Origin: an uncultured Verrucomicrobiae bacterium
Lineage (GTDB): Bacteria; Verrucomicrobiota; Verrucomicrobiia; Opitutales; JABDGR01
Assembly (NCBI GenBank): GCA_963765205.1
Contig: CAVXVB010000007.1
Coordinates: 96,001-160,000 of the forward strand
Direction: 5' to 3'
Length of the DNA: 64,000 bases
The position numbers and the translations under genes were made by a program. The number at the start of each line of letters is the position of its first letter. The first letter of the stretch is position 1. The notes beneath the pieces are model-generated. The model did no database searches. It had not been told where the DNA came from and saw only the letters and a list, made by a program, of their open reading frames with translations. This document shows, piece by piece, positions 1-10,954 of the stretch.

Positions 1-496
1 CGACGACTATCAACAACCGATGCCAGCCCCGACGCCGCCGGTGGAACTGCCGTGGCGCTTCCGGCTGGACGCGGTGGTGCAAATCCCCGCGGAGGGCGCG
101 ACGCCTGGGCAAAACAAGACCCTGAGTTTTTATTTTACGGACGCACTGCATGGGTCGCAGCAAATCGGCGGGGCCAAGGAGCCCGCGCCGGGGGCCATTT
201 TCGACCTGGCCCCGGGCCTGATTTTCGACCTGGGCATGCTGACCCCGGACGCGAACCGGCCCGCGGTGGTGACGCAAATCCTGGAGCAGGTTTCGCAGCC
301 GATCAACCCGCTGCCGGGGCCGCCGGCGGCGACCCCTGCGCCGGGGCCGGCGCCTGTACCGGTGGAACCCGCAACGAATACGCCACCGCCCGCGGCCCCG
401 ACGCCCGTCCCGCCGGTGACGCCAACACCGGCAGCGACGGAAGCCGCCCCGGCGGGCAGCGCCGCACCGGCCGCGAATACGACGGGCACGCCGTGA
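1..496 (+). CDS. 5'-truncated CDS with Pro/Ala-rich tail (possibly DUF4340-like C-terminus)
   Basis: Frame open from window edge to TGA at 496; globular segment followed by P/A/T-rich tail. Confidence 0.55.
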   Translation, partial: DDYQQPMPAPTPPVELPWRFRLDAVVQIPAEGATPGQNKTLSFYFTDALHGSQQIGGAKEPAPGAIFDLAPGLIFDLGMLTPDANRPAVVTQILEQVSQPINPLPGPPAATPAPGPAPVPVEPATNTPPPAAPTPVPPVTPTPAATEAAPAGSAAPAANTTGTP

Positions 497-571
497 TGTT
501 TATAGATAGCCAGCGGCCAGGAGGGTTTTCGGCGAGCGACGCCCCTGGCGGCAATGGGGCGAAGGGCCGGG

Positions 572-2740
572 CTAGGACTTGGGCGGGGTGAGGGGCGTGC
601 CGTCGGGTTTGTAAAACTGGTTTAATTCGAGGCGGAGGTAGTCATAGACCACGCCGGTGGTGACATCGCCGGCGGGGACGGTGAGGGTCATGGTGTTTTC
701 GCCGGGTTTGAGGAGGGTGGCGTCGAAGGTCAAGGTGCGTTCCTGCCAGATGCCCATGTCGGTGTTGTAACGGATGGCGTTGGTGGACACAATCGGGGCG
801 TTGGCGACCGAGCTGTTGTCGCCGATGGCGCCAACGCTCCGGCCATTGACGGCCACGTCCAGCGTGCGGCCACCGTCGGCACCGGCCAGGGCCACGCGCA
901 AAGCCGCGAAACCTTGCGAGGGCTTGTCCATGTTAAATTTGATGGTCCAGGTGGTGGCGCGGCCCTGGCCATAGATGCGCCAGGGGCCGGTTTGGTCGGT
1001 TTGCGGATAGTCAGCCGGAGACTCGCCTTTGACCCAGCCGAAGCGCTGGTTGGCGGGATCTTTCGCCTTGGGGTTCACGAAGGAGAGGTTGGTGGCGTGC
1101 GGGACTTCCTCGAAGAACCAGTCTTTGTGGTAATCGCTTTTACCGATGGTGTAGGTGAGGTCGTTGGGAAAGAGGAGGGCATAGCGCAGGGGCCAGCCCC
1201 AGAGCCAGTAATCGGCGCCATCGCCTTTGAGGAATTTGCCGCCGGTGCGGTCGGGGTAGCCGATGTCCCAGACTTGCTGGCCGTAGCGGAGGGGCTTCCA
1301 CTCGATTTGGCCGAGGTCCAGGTTCTGGCCGGCGGCGACGGTGATGTTGGCCTGGGCGAATTCACCGAGCACGCCGTCGGCAAAGGCATGGAGGGTGTAG
1401 GTTCCGGGACGGACATTGGCGATGGAGAAGTGGCCGTCTTCGTGGCCGTTGGCCCAGAACTGGTAGTAATTGGCGTCGTGATCCCAAGTGACTTTGTTGC
1501 CGTTGCCGGAGCGCTGGGCAAAAGCGCCGCCCGCGCCGATGTAATCGGGGTGGGTGAGGCCGATGCTCAAGTGGGGCAATTTGGTGGAGGCGGCCTGGGG
1601 GTCGTTGAGGACCAACTGGCCGGTGACGGTGGCGCGCCCGTCTTTCTGCGGGTAGTCCACGCCTTGCACCCAGGTGAAGGGCCACTGGGCTTGGGTGACT
1701 TTGGCCTGGTTGAGGGCGTCTTGAAAGAGGGCGTTCGCGTTATTGGTCCAGGCGGCGGGGATGGTGGGGTTGCCGGCGGTGGCGGCAAGGGTGTCGAGGT
1801 CGGCCTGGGAGGGGGTCTGGGGGTTTTGGAGGGAATTGTAATAGACAAAGATGGGGCCGACGACCTTGTTCCAGACTTCGCCGGCGAGGATGTTGCATTC
1901 GGCGCCGCCGGCGTAATGGCCGGAGGTCCAGTAGTCGAGCATGGTGGCGCCCATGTGGCAGACGAGGTCAATGCGGGTGGGGCCGCCGCCGAGGTATTCG
2001 TTGGAGGGGTTGATGAACCAGACGCCGACGTGGTCCTTGATGCTGGACCAGCCGTAGGCGGGGAGCTGATACATGCGGGCGCAGTAGCTGTATTTGTGCT
2101 CGACGGAATTTTGATAGATGCCGGTGTTGAGGATGCGCTGTTCCTTGGCGTGGATGACGACGCCGGTGCGCTCGTCGGCGTTGCTGCACATGGGCATATT
2201 GCGGTCGGCATCCACCGAGAGCCAGTCGAAGTTGGCGGTGAGTTGGTTGATGAAGCGGCTTTCGCCTTCGCCGGCGGCGGGGTAGCCAGCGCCGTGCGAG
2301 TAAATGGCGTAGGTGTAAAAGCCGCTGACGCCGCGTTCGAGGGCATAGCGTACTTCGATGTCCATGCGGCCATCCACGCCTTTGACGGCGACTTCGGCGC
2401 GGGTGCCTCCGTTTTTAGCCGGGTCAATAGTCAGCGCCTGGGTGACGGTGCCGGAGGGGTATTGCTCCCAGCCTTCGGAGTTGCGGGTCAGCGTCTCGGC
2501 GCCGTGGTAAATCAAGGAGGTGAGTTTGCCGGAGCTTTTCAAGACGGTGGCCTTGATGATGCTGTTGTCGAGGATCCAGGAGGTGCCGTTGTCGGTGACG
2601 GTGACGGGGGAGTTGACGGCGGGTTGGGCGACGACGGGGGCGGCGGAGTCCGCCGCGTGAAGCGCCGGCTGGGCGAGCGCTCCGAAAACAAAAGCCAACG
2701 CCAACCAAGGGCGCAGGCCGGTTGAAACGACGATATGCAT
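572..2740 (-). CDS. Secreted polysaccharide lyase family 4 (rhamnogalacturonan lyase)
   Basis: Signal peptide; VEHKY, GVWFINPSNEY, NVRPGTYTLHAFADG, WDIGYPDR and YDYLRLEL motifs. Confidence 0.85.
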   Translation of the reverse strand: MHIVVSTGLRPWLALAFVFGALAQPALHAADSAAPVVAQPAVNSPVTVTDNGTSWILDNSIIKATVLKSSGKLTSLIYHGAETLTRNSEGWEQYPSGTVTQALTIDPAKNGGTRAEVAVKGVDGRMDIEVRYALERGVSGFYTYAIYSHGAGYPAAGEGESRFINQLTANFDWLSVDADRNMPMCSNADERTGVVIHAKEQRILNTGIYQNSVEHKYSYCARMYQLPAYGWSSIKDHVGVWFINPSNEYLGGGPTRIDLVCHMGATMLDYWTSGHYAGGAECNILAGEVWNKVVGPIFVYYNSLQNPQTPSQADLDTLAATAGNPTIPAAWTNNANALFQDALNQAKVTQAQWPFTWVQGVDYPQKDGRATVTGQLVLNDPQAASTKLPHLSIGLTHPDYIGAGGAFAQRSGNGNKVTWDHDANYYQFWANGHEDGHFSIANVRPGTYTLHAFADGVLGEFAQANITVAAGQNLDLGQIEWKPLRYGQQVWDIGYPDRTGGKFLKGDGADYWLWGWPLRYALLFPNDLTYTIGKSDYHKDWFFEEVPHATNLSFVNPKAKDPANQRFGWVKGESPADYPQTDQTGPWRIYGQGRATTWTIKFNMDKPSQGFAALRVALAGADGGRTLDVAVNGRSVGAIGDNSSVANAPIVSTNAIRYNTDMGIWQERTLTFDATLLKPGENTMTLTVPAGDVTTGVVYDYLRLELNQFYKPDGTPLTPPKS

Positions 2741-2894
2741 GGGGTTGCCTTTCCTAAACGGGGTGAAAACACATTATCCCAAACTGGGGGGAACGGGGAT
2801 GCCAGGTGCTTTTTACGTAGACCGTTGGGGCTGAGGAGGCAAGCCGGAAGATGGGGCGGGGTGGAGGGGAGTGGACGCGGGGTGAAGACCCGGC

Positions 2895-5889
2895 TTGGAA
2901 TCTGCGGGGGAATGGTTTAAATGGAAAGCTTCCCCGCCCGTGCCCGACCCCGCGCCCAACGCCGTTCCCGCCCGCCGCCGGACGCCGTGGTGGTTCCGGC
3001 TGTTGCGGCTGGTGCTGAACCTGGCGCTGCTGGCGGTGCTGGGTTTGCAGCTTTTCACGCTGGTGCTTTTGGGCACGGACCAGCATTTGCGGCTGCCGGG
3101 TTTTGCCCGCCACGCGCTCGAGGACCGGCTGAAGGAACAGGGGCTGGTGGTTTCCTTCAGCGGGCTGGATGTGAGTTTTTCCGGAAGTTTGTTATTGCAC
3201 GACCCGAAGATTTTCCTGGCGGGCTCAACCGAACCGGTGGCCGAGGCGGATTTGCTGTATGCGGAGCCGGACTGGCTGACGTTGCTGCTCGGGCACCGGC
3301 TGTCGTTCAGCGAGGTGCGGCTGGTCAACGCGAATTTTTATTGCCTGCCGGAAGATTCGCCCACGGGGTTGCGCGAGCCGTTTATCACGCGGCTGGACAC
3401 GGCTTTGTTGAGCCAGGGGGCGCATTGGTGGCTGCTGGACCATCTGCATGGGCACTTTCTCAATGTGCAGTTGTTTGCGCAGGGGACGTTTTTCCTCGAG
3501 CCGCTGACGGTGAGGCCCGCGCCGACGGCGACCCTCGCGGCGCTTTACCGGCAATTTGCGCGCGCGGTGCTGGACCTCGAGCCGCAATTTGCGCGCGCGG
3601 ACCATCCCTCGGTCGCGGTGCGGCTCGAGGGCGAAGAGCCCGGGCTGACAAAAATCCACCTTACCGCGCTGGTGGAGCAGGCCCAACCGCCGATACCCGG
3701 GCTCGAATTCGACGGGGAGTCGCTGCGGCTCAATGCGACGTGGGACGGGCAGGCCTTGCGCGCGAATGGCCCGCTCTTCACCTGGATAAAATCCGTCCAC
3801 TACGCGCCGGTGGCAGCGGACGGGACGAAGCACGAAATTTTCGCGGCGGAGGCGGTGGCGGCGCGCATTCCCCTGGCGGAGGGCGCGGCGGGAATATTCA
3901 GTGGCGCGCCGCCGCGTTGCGCGATCACGGCGGCGACCACGCAGCTGGGTGATTTTGCCTGCGACAGCGTGGCGGCCAAGCTGGATTTGCGCGCATGGCC
4001 GCGGCTGCCGTTTTCCGCGCATGTCACGCAGGGGTTGGACGCGGCGCAAGTTACCGGCACGGCGGAGCTGGCGCCGCACGACGGGACGCTCGACTGGCAT
4101 GGGGGCGATTTCGAGATCCGCGCGGAGGCGCACCTGGCGACGATCCTGGCGGCGACGCACCAGCAATTGCCCGAGCTGGCCGGGCCGCTGCAACTGGCCG
4201 GGCCGGTGCAGGTGAACGGCCACGTCGCCCTCGCGCCGGACCTTCAGATGCAGGCGGCGGATTTCACGGTGTTCGCCGATGATGTCCACTATGAACAAAT
4301 TAATTTGGACACCTTTTTTGCGCAGGGCGAACTGACGCGCGAGGCGGCGGGGGGCTATGTGCTGGAGCTGCCGCGGGTGGCGGGCGCGAACCGTTCGTGG
4401 CAGACTCGAGGCGGGGTATTTCGAGAATTTACGGACCCACGACTTCCGGATCGCCGCCTGGGGCGACATCGAGCCGCGCGTGCTGGATCCGTATTTCAAG
4501 TGGGCGGAGTGGTGGACGCCGCTGTGGGAGGCGATTGTGCCCGGCGGCCAGTGGCCGCAGATTGATTTTTCCTACCTGGGGAACTGGGACGCGCCGTTGC
4601 CGGAGAACACGGTGGATTTGGCGGTGGCCGCCGCGGGGGCGCGCGTGCGGGGCGTGCCGACGGACCGACTGAGCCTGCGCGCCCGGACCCGGCCCGATTA
4701 TATAGCAATTTATGATATTGACGCCCAGGCCAGCGGCGGGGGCGGCCTGACCGGCGCGCTGGTCTGGGCGATGAAGCCGAATTACATGCAGTTCATCGAG
4801 CAACGGGCCATCGTGGAGAGCACGCTGCCGCTGGCGACCGTGGCCGCGCTGGGCGGCCCCGAGATGGCCGCGGCGTTGCGGCCGCTGGATTGCCCGATCC
4901 CGCCCGTCACCCAGGTGGACCAGCGGGTGGGTGGCTCGGCGAATGCGCGGCCGGGCGCAATGGCCACCAAAATTCACGCCGAGCTGGCCACGCCCTTTCA
5001 CGCCTACCGGGTGCCGCTCGATTCCCTGGTGCTTGATTTCACGGATTATGGGACGTGGGCAGACGTGCCGCGCTGCGATTTTACCGTGGCGGGAGGCACG
5101 GTGCAGGCGCAAGCCAGGCTCGTGCATCATAAGGGGGCCGACGAATTAAGTTTTGCCGCGCTGCTGCGCTCGGCGCGGGCCACAGATTTTCTCGAGGCAT
5201 TGAGCCAGTTGGGTTACAGGGACAAATCGGCCCCGACCACTGCGCCGGCTCCGGCCGAGGCGGCGGCGGCGAAGAATCCCACGGTGGGCCCCGGCGACGC
5301 CGCGCATCCGGCGCTGCTGGATGTGGCGCTGGCGGGGCGGATGACGCTCAACCAGCCGGATTCGCTGGCCGCGCGCGGCACAGCGCGGCTGGCCGGCGCG
5401 CAACTCGGGCAGTTGCACCTGCTCGGCGGCCTCTCGCGCGCGCTGGAGGACTCGAAAGTGTCGCTGGGTAATTTCAATTTGACCGACGCAACGAGCGATT
5501 TGCAAATCGCGCATCAATTCGTGCGCTTGCCGAACCTGGTCGTCACGGGGCCGACGGCGCGGGTCGTCTCCGCCGGTGTTTACAATTACGGGGCGGACGA
5601 CCTGAATTTCAACGTGCTGATTTTTCCCCTGGGCGAATCCAATTCCTTTTTTTTCAAACAAATCTCCAACCTGACGAATCCCTTCAGCAACACGCTCACT
5701 TTCAAACTCCACGGCAAAATGGAAAATCCCACGTGGAATGTGAGCATGGATCCGCTGCGGCTGTTCAAGGACCAGACGGTCGAGTGCCCGGCGATTCCGG
5801 GCTATCCCGCGAACGCCGAGGGCGCGCCCGCGCTGCCGGACTTGCCAGCGGTACCCGACTTGCCGACGGCGGTGGTGGAGAAGAAATGA
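2895..5889 (+). CDS. AsmA-like/YhdP-type envelope protein, frameshifted near 4410
   Basis: ORFs 2895..4565 and 4357..5889 join (SWQTRGG/YFENLRT) at a G-run; N-terminal TM helix; AsmA-like C-terminus (LHGKMENPTW). Confidence 0.65.
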
Positions 5890-6066
5890 CCGGGGGAATT
5901 GCTGAGTGCTGAGTGCGGAATGCGGTCTGGCGAATGTGGCCCCTACCACCACTCAATCGCAAATGGACTGGATGGACTATATAGACTCTATGTAACGGAA
6001 TTGACGACCTTCCAAAAGGTTCATGGAATGGGAATTACGGGTGAAATTGTCCGGATCGCAATATTT

Positions 6067-6369
6067 ATGATACCGATTCGAAATTCAAAAAGAACCAGAT
6101 CAGCCCGCTACCTAGCGAGCGTCATATTCCTTCTGCTTCTGGCCGGTTGCGCATCGCCGGCGGCCACTCCAGAGCACACCTACACCATCGTCAGAGGCGA
6201 TAACTTCAGCATGGTCGCCAGCAAATTCAACATTAGCGTAAGGGCCATCGAAGAGGCCAACCCCGGGGTGGATTCCGCGCGCCTGCGCATCGGCCAGGTC
6301 CTCGTGATTCCGGCCGTGCCTCCCTTGTCCGGCGCTGCGAGTGTCCCCGTGGCGCCGGAACAAAAGTGA
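6067..6369 (+). CDS. LysM-domain lipoprotein
   Basis: Lipobox LLAGC; LysM motif YTIVRGDNFSMVASKFNISVRAIEEANPGVDSARLRIGQVLVIP. Confidence 0.85.
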   Translation: MIPIRNSKRTRSARYLASVIFLLLLAGCASPAATPEHTYTIVRGDNFSMVASKFNISVRAIEEANPGVDSARLRIGQVLVIPAVPPLSGAASVPVAPEQK

Positions 6370-6479
6370 CGGAAGGAATTGCTGGAAGCGATTCAGCTTA
6401 ACAGGTTTTCGGTGGGCGTGGTTGGTTTTTGGCTCTGGAATTCCGCACTCCGCACTCAGCAATCGGAAATTTGCGTTAC

Positions 6480-6556
6480 CCAACCGATCAAACCCATCCA
6501 ACCTAGCCAACGCAGCCAACCGAGCACTAACACTTTTTATTTTTCTGTGGTAAGGT
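6480..6556 (+). promoter_or_regulatory. Putative activator-dependent promoter: five 9-bp repeats, 20 nt, extended -10 (CTGTGGTAAGGT)
   Basis: ccaaccgat/caaacccat/ccaacctag/ccaacgcag/ccaaccgag at 6480-6524; CTGTGGTAA at 6545-6553; same layout at 38097-38155 (-). Confidence 0.55.
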
Positions 6557-6578
6557 GCATGGCGTCCCAAGACCGCCC

Positions 6579-7450
6579 ATGCCTTCCTCCGCCACTGCTT
6601 CCGCCAACGGCCGCACCCCGGTTGGCTCCGCCCCCGGCCCCGCGCCCTCGCCGCACTTCACGTGCGAGCGCATCACCAGCGACCGCCGCCTGCGCTTCAA
6701 CCCGATCCGGCATCTGTCGCCGGAGTCGCTGGCGCGGGCGCTCGACGCCTTTCATCTGGGCTACCTGCGGCCGGCGGCGCTGCTGTGGGATGCGATGGAG
6801 CGGCGCGACGACGTGTTGCAGGGGGTGGCGGCCAAGCGGAAGAAATCCGTCGCGCGGCTGGATGGGGAAATTCTGGCCGACGATGCTTCACCCGTCGCGC
6901 AACAACACCAGCGCGCGCTGGAGTTCTTTTATGGCAATCTGACCGCGACGCACGCCTGCGAACCCAACCAGCGCGGGGCCTGGCGCTGCTCGTCAAGCAG
7001 ATGCTCGATGCATTGGGCAAAAAATACGCCGTCCACGAAATTGTCTGGCAGCGTTGCGCGGCGCCGGCGGACTTTTCGAGCCAGGATGATTCCGCTTCCA
7101 ACTCGAAACTAAATTTACCGCGCACCATGCTGACGGCGACGTTTCGCTTTGCGCCGCTGTGGTTTTTTGAGGCGCGCTCCGGCCCGCTGCGATTTTTGCC
7201 GGATGAGCTGGCTTATGAAGGCGTGGACCTGGCGCCGGGCCAATGGCTCGTCACCGCCACCGATGGCTTGATGGAGAGTTGCTCCATTGTGTATTTATAT
7301 AAGCATCTGCCCTTGCGCGACTGGCTCATTTATTGCGAGCGCAACGGCATGCCCGGAGTGCGCGGAGTGACGGAAGCCGCGCCGGGCACGCCGGAATAGG
7401 AGGCGGCGCGCGAGGCCGTGCGCGATTTCGGCGCGGAGTTTTCCAGTCGC
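6579..7450 (+). pseudogene. Mu-like portal (gp29/DUF935-type) remnant
   Basis: ALLWDAMERRDDVLQGVAAKRKKSV, MLDALGKKYAVHEIVW and RDWLIYCERNGMPG motifs; frameshift ~6975, TAG at 7397-7399, truncated after DFGAEFSS. Confidence 0.7.
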
Positions 7451-7606
7451 GGCAACCGACAGTCATTCCTTGTTAAGGACGGAAAGATCGTCTGGTTGGA
7501 ACTGCAAGCCAGCACTGCTGAACAAGCGAACGATGTAAAAAAGGCCCTTGCCGCTCTAAAGACTCCCTCAATGTCAATGCCGACGAATTCGTCTACCGCT
7601 AAATAG
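7451..7606 (+). pseudogene. C-terminal remnant of a peroxiredoxin (BCP-like)
   Basis: RQSFLVKDGKIVWLELQASTAEQANDVKKALAAL, no catalytic N-terminus; GC drops at the junction. Confidence 0.5.
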
Positions 7607-7798
7607 CGTTGAGTGGTTTGGTGGCCATCAAATAGAAATAGACAAAAAGTTATTATAAACAATAATATATAATTTGTTTAATATTATTATACATATTTGA
7701 TGATTATCCAATACCTGAAATTTACTGATCCAAGTCGCCAAGCTACTAGGTTAAGACGCTATGGCCTAATAGGTTACGCGTTTAACCATGGGCGTAAA

Positions 7799-7977
7799 CC
7801 TGGACTTCAGTCCACGGAAGCTGGTCGGCGTTCCCCCGCGTCGCGTAGCGACGCTTGACGGAAGCGCAGCCGCGCGTTGGCGGGAACCTCAAGCGTCGCT
7901 ACGCGACGCACGGTGGAGGGCGTTCCGTTCCCATGGACTGAAGTCCATGGCTATTTTCGAGTCGTCACTCCGTGACT
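7799..7977. repeat. REP-like nested palindrome
   Basis: ctggacttcagtcca / tggactgaagtccatgg and gcgtcgcgtagcgacgcttga / tcaagcgtcgctacgcgacgc inverted pairs. Confidence 0.7.
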
Positions 7978-8071
7978 GCGCAAAACCCGAGATGAGCACC
8001 TAAATGCCCCTTGCCACCGTTCATTTTTTGCTTCTTGGGCGTTTGTGTGGTAGATTGCATCCTCTCACCCG

Positions 8072-8269
8072 ATGAATCTTCCCCAAATTATAGCTGAGGC
8101 TGGCCTTAACCAAGCTTCGCCGCTGATGCTGGCGGTGGTCGTCTTTATCGCCGTCGTGGCGCTAATCATCGCGGTCAAGGTGGCGGTTTTTATCATCCGT
8201 GTGATTTGCATCCTCGTTTGTCTCGCGCTAATCGGCGGGGTGGTCTGGCATTTGATGGGTGGGCTTTAA
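8072..8269 (+). CDS. Small membrane protein (2 TM)
   Basis: 65-aa hydrophobic ORF; upstream TGTGGTAGATT extended -10-like motif. Confidence 0.6.
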   Translation: MNLPQIIAEAGLNQASPLMLAVVVFIAVVALIIAVKVAVFIIRVICILVCLALIGGVVWHLMGGL

Positions 8270-8313
8270 GGTAGTCAGGAAAGAACATAGAATAACCCGA
8301 CCCCGTACGTCCC

Positions 8314-8805
8314 TTATTTGCTCGCCCAGACAATCTCCTTGAACCAACCGCCTCCTTTGAGGAACGTCAGTTCCCAGCGAAACAAGTATACAGGCCCTTT
8401 TGGCAGCACGAAATGTGCTCTAAGGGTGCTCTCGGTCTTGGGTTCCAAGATGCAACTAGGATATGTTTCATATGGATTCTGCTTGGTCACTAACTGAAGA
8501 TGCTGCCTGTTTTCTTCATTTAAGGGGCAGCTGCTCAGGTTTTGTGGAATGCTGTATGCTGACACTAAAATCTCTTTCGTATTGAGCTCGATAGGAGACT
8601 TGCCTCGGTTGTTCCATAAGGCACGAACCGTAACAACAACTGAAGCATTAGAAAGGTCATTTGAATCTATTTTTAAATCACCATCAAGTGACTCAATTTC
8701 AAATCGCTTCTTCAATACAAAGAGGTAAAAGGTCCAAATGCCGCCAATGATGATGGCGAAGGCTTCGACCCAATTCTTAACGATCTCTGAAATATCAGGA
8801 GGCAT
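8314..8805 (-). CDS. Low-GC hypothetical protein with N-terminal TM
   Basis: Clean ORF from ATG 8805; visibly lower GC than flanks. Confidence 0.6.
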   Translation of the reverse strand: MPPDISEIVKNWVEAFAIIIGGIWTFYLFVLKKRFEIESLDGDLKIDSNDLSNASVVVTVRALWNNRGKSPIELNTKEILVSAYSIPQNLSSCPLNEENRQHLQLVTKQNPYETYPSCILEPKTESTLRAHFVLPKGPVYLFRWELTFLKGGGWFKEIVWASK

Positions 8806-8867
8806 GGTGTTGTTTTGGATATTATGATTAAAGGCTAAAATCGCGGCGGGATTGATGAATTTCAAGT

Positions 8868-9833
8868 TTAAGAGGAATGAGCAGCGGCGGGCGCGGCGGA
8901 ATCGGCGGGTTTGGCGGCAGGGGCGGGGGCGTCAATTTTGGCGAGGAGGTCGAGCATGCGTTTCCAGGAGTCTTCGGCGGCTTTTTTGTTGGCGGCGTTG
9001 GTGTTGTCCAACTGGCCGAGGCGCATGAAGCCGTGGGCGGCGCCGGGATAAACAACGGCGTCGTAGGTTTTGCCGGCGGCTTTCATAGCGGTGGTTTCGG
9101 CGGGGACGGCGGCGGCGAGGTTGCGGTCGGTCTCGCCGTAGAAGCCGTAGATGGGGGCGTTGACCTTGGGCATGTCCGCGACGAGGAGCATGGGCGCGCC
9201 GTAGAACACGAAGGCGGCCTTGATGTCCTTGTTCACGGTCGAAAACGCGAAGGCCTTGCCGCCGCCCCAGCAAAATCCGGCGATGGCGAGGTTGCCGTCG
9301 CAGGCGTCCAATTTCTTGGCGTAGTCCATCACGGCGCCCAAATCGGCCAGGACTTGTTCCGGGGGCAACTTGCCGATGGCCACGGTGACTTGGGATTCAG
9401 GGAGGTCCGTCGTGCCGCCTTTGTTCGGGCCTTCGCCGGAGAGCAGGTCGGGGACGAGGACGATGTAGCCGGCTTCGGCGAGTTGGTCGGCGGCGGCGCG
9501 CACCCAATCGCTCAGGCCAAAAATCTCATGGACGAGGACGACGGCCATGGCTTTGTTTTTGTCCATCGGATAATAGACGAGGGTTTCCACTTCGCGGTCG
9601 CCCTGTTTGATTTTCACGACATCCATGTGCCGGGTGGATTTGGTGAGGCGGTCGGTGATGTTTTTGGAGATGGGGTGGACGATGGTGCCGGTGTTGGCGG
9701 CGGCGGCGGGCGCGGGGGCAGGCGCAGTCGCGGAAGCGGCGGGGGCGGCAGGCTGGGAAGTTTGGGCGAGGGCGAAGGCGGCGATGGCGCCAACGGCGAA
9801 GGCGGCGAGGATTTGGAGGGAGGGGGTTTTCAT
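8868..9833 (-). CDS. Secreted dienelactone hydrolase family protein
   Basis: HEIFGL, GFCWGG nucleophile motif, YPGAAHGF; signal peptide. Confidence 0.9.
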   Translation of the reverse strand: MKTPSLQILAAFAVGAIAAFALAQTSQPAAPAASATAPAPAPAAAANTGTIVHPISKNITDRLTKSTRHMDVVKIKQGDREVETLVYYPMDKNKAMAVVLVHEIFGLSDWVRAAADQLAEAGYIVLVPDLLSGEGPNKGGTTDLPESQVTVAIGKLPPEQVLADLGAVMDYAKKLDACDGNLAIAGFCWGGGKAFAFSTVNKDIKAAFVFYGAPMLLVADMPKVNAPIYGFYGETDRNLAAAVPAETTAMKAAGKTYDAVVYPGAAHGFMRLGQLDNTNAANKKAAEDSWKRMLDLLAKIDAPAPAAKPADSAAPAAAHSS

Positions 9834-10116
9834 GGGGAGCGGGGATTAAGAATTTTACCACAAAAAACGCAAAAGACACAAAAGGGGCAAAGGTGGGTCG
9901 GGACTGGAACTTACTCGATGACTAATGGGCAGCGGGGGATTGCGGCCAATTAAGCATTAATTTATGGCTTTGCCAAGTGCGGAGCGGCGGTTGGGTTTAT
10001 GGGATTATCCCCAGGAAAATTCGGGCGGGGTCAGTTTGAATCAAATTTGGCAAATTATCCGCCAGCCAAAAGGCATTGCCGGGGGGCAGGCTTTCGCGCT
10101 AGGGTGGGGGCGCGCC

Positions 10117-10950
10117 ATGTATCAACAGTTTTTCGGGTTCAAGGTGATGCCCTTCAACATCACCCCCGACCCCAACTTCCTCTACCTGAGCCCCACGCAT
10201 CAGGAGGCGCTCGCGCATTTGCGCTACGGGATGGCCCAGAAAAAGGGCTTCATCGTGCTCACCGGCGAAGTCGGCTGCGGCAAGACGACGCTGTGCCGCG
10301 TGTTCCTGAACGAACTCGACGCCGCGCGCACGGACACGGCGCTGATCCTCAACCCGCGCCTGACCGAGCGCGAGCTGCTCGCCGCGGTGTTGCGCGAGCT
10401 GGGCGAAATTCCGCCCGGCGCGGGCAGCGCGCCGCTGGCGCTCGACAACGCGGACCTGACCGGGCGGCTCAACGACGCGCTGCTGCGGCGCATTCGCGAC
10501 GGCAAGGACATCGTGCTCATCATTGACGAGGCGCAAAACCTCTCCTTTGAGGTCATGGAGCAAATCCGTTTGCTGTCGAATCTGGAGACGGACACGCAAA
10601 AACTGATGCAGATTATTTTGATCGGCCAGCCGGAGTTGAAGGCGCACCTCGCGGAGAAGCGCCTGCGGCAATTGCGCCAGCGCATTTTGGTTTTCTACGA
10701 ACTGCGCCCGCTCAAGCGCGCGCAGGTGGACGCCTATATCCAGCACCGCCTCACGCTTGCGGGCGCGAGCAGCCGGCCGCGCTTCACGAAGGCGGCGCTG
10801 CGCGCGATCAGCAGCCGCAGCCGCGGCATCCCGCGCCTGGTCAATTCACTGTGCGACAAGGCGCTGCTCGCGGCCTACGCGCGCGATTCGGAGGAAGTGA
10901 ACTGGTTCGACGTGCGCCGCGCGGCGAAAGACCAGGCGCAGTTGGACTGA
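10117..10950 (+). CDS. exeA: ExeA/GspA-type AAA ATPase
   Basis: MYQQFFGFKVMPFNITPDP, Walker A GEVGCGKTT, IIDEAQNL, GIPRLVNSLCD. Confidence 0.85.
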   Translation: MYQQFFGFKVMPFNITPDPNFLYLSPTHQEALAHLRYGMAQKKGFIVLTGEVGCGKTTLCRVFLNELDAARTDTALILNPRLTERELLAAVLRELGEIPPGAGSAPLALDNADLTGRLNDALLRRIRDGKDIVLIIDEAQNLSFEVMEQIRLLSNLETDTQKLMQIILIGQPELKAHLAEKRLRQLRQRILVFYELRPLKRAQVDAYIQHRLTLAGASSRPRFTKAALRAISSRSRGIPRLVNSLCDKALLAAYARDSEEVNWFDVRRAAKDQAQLD

Positions 10951-10954
10951 CCCC

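Noticed and set aside
914..2725. Long antisense and alternate-frame ORFs (also 3225..4499, 31662..33158, 38796..40208, 50619..52154)
   Set aside because: Shadows of recognisable genes, expected in high-GC DNA; no motifs.
4357..4565. Programmed frameshift in the AsmA-like gene
   Set aside because: No canonical slippery site; many similar indels in the window point to error or decay.
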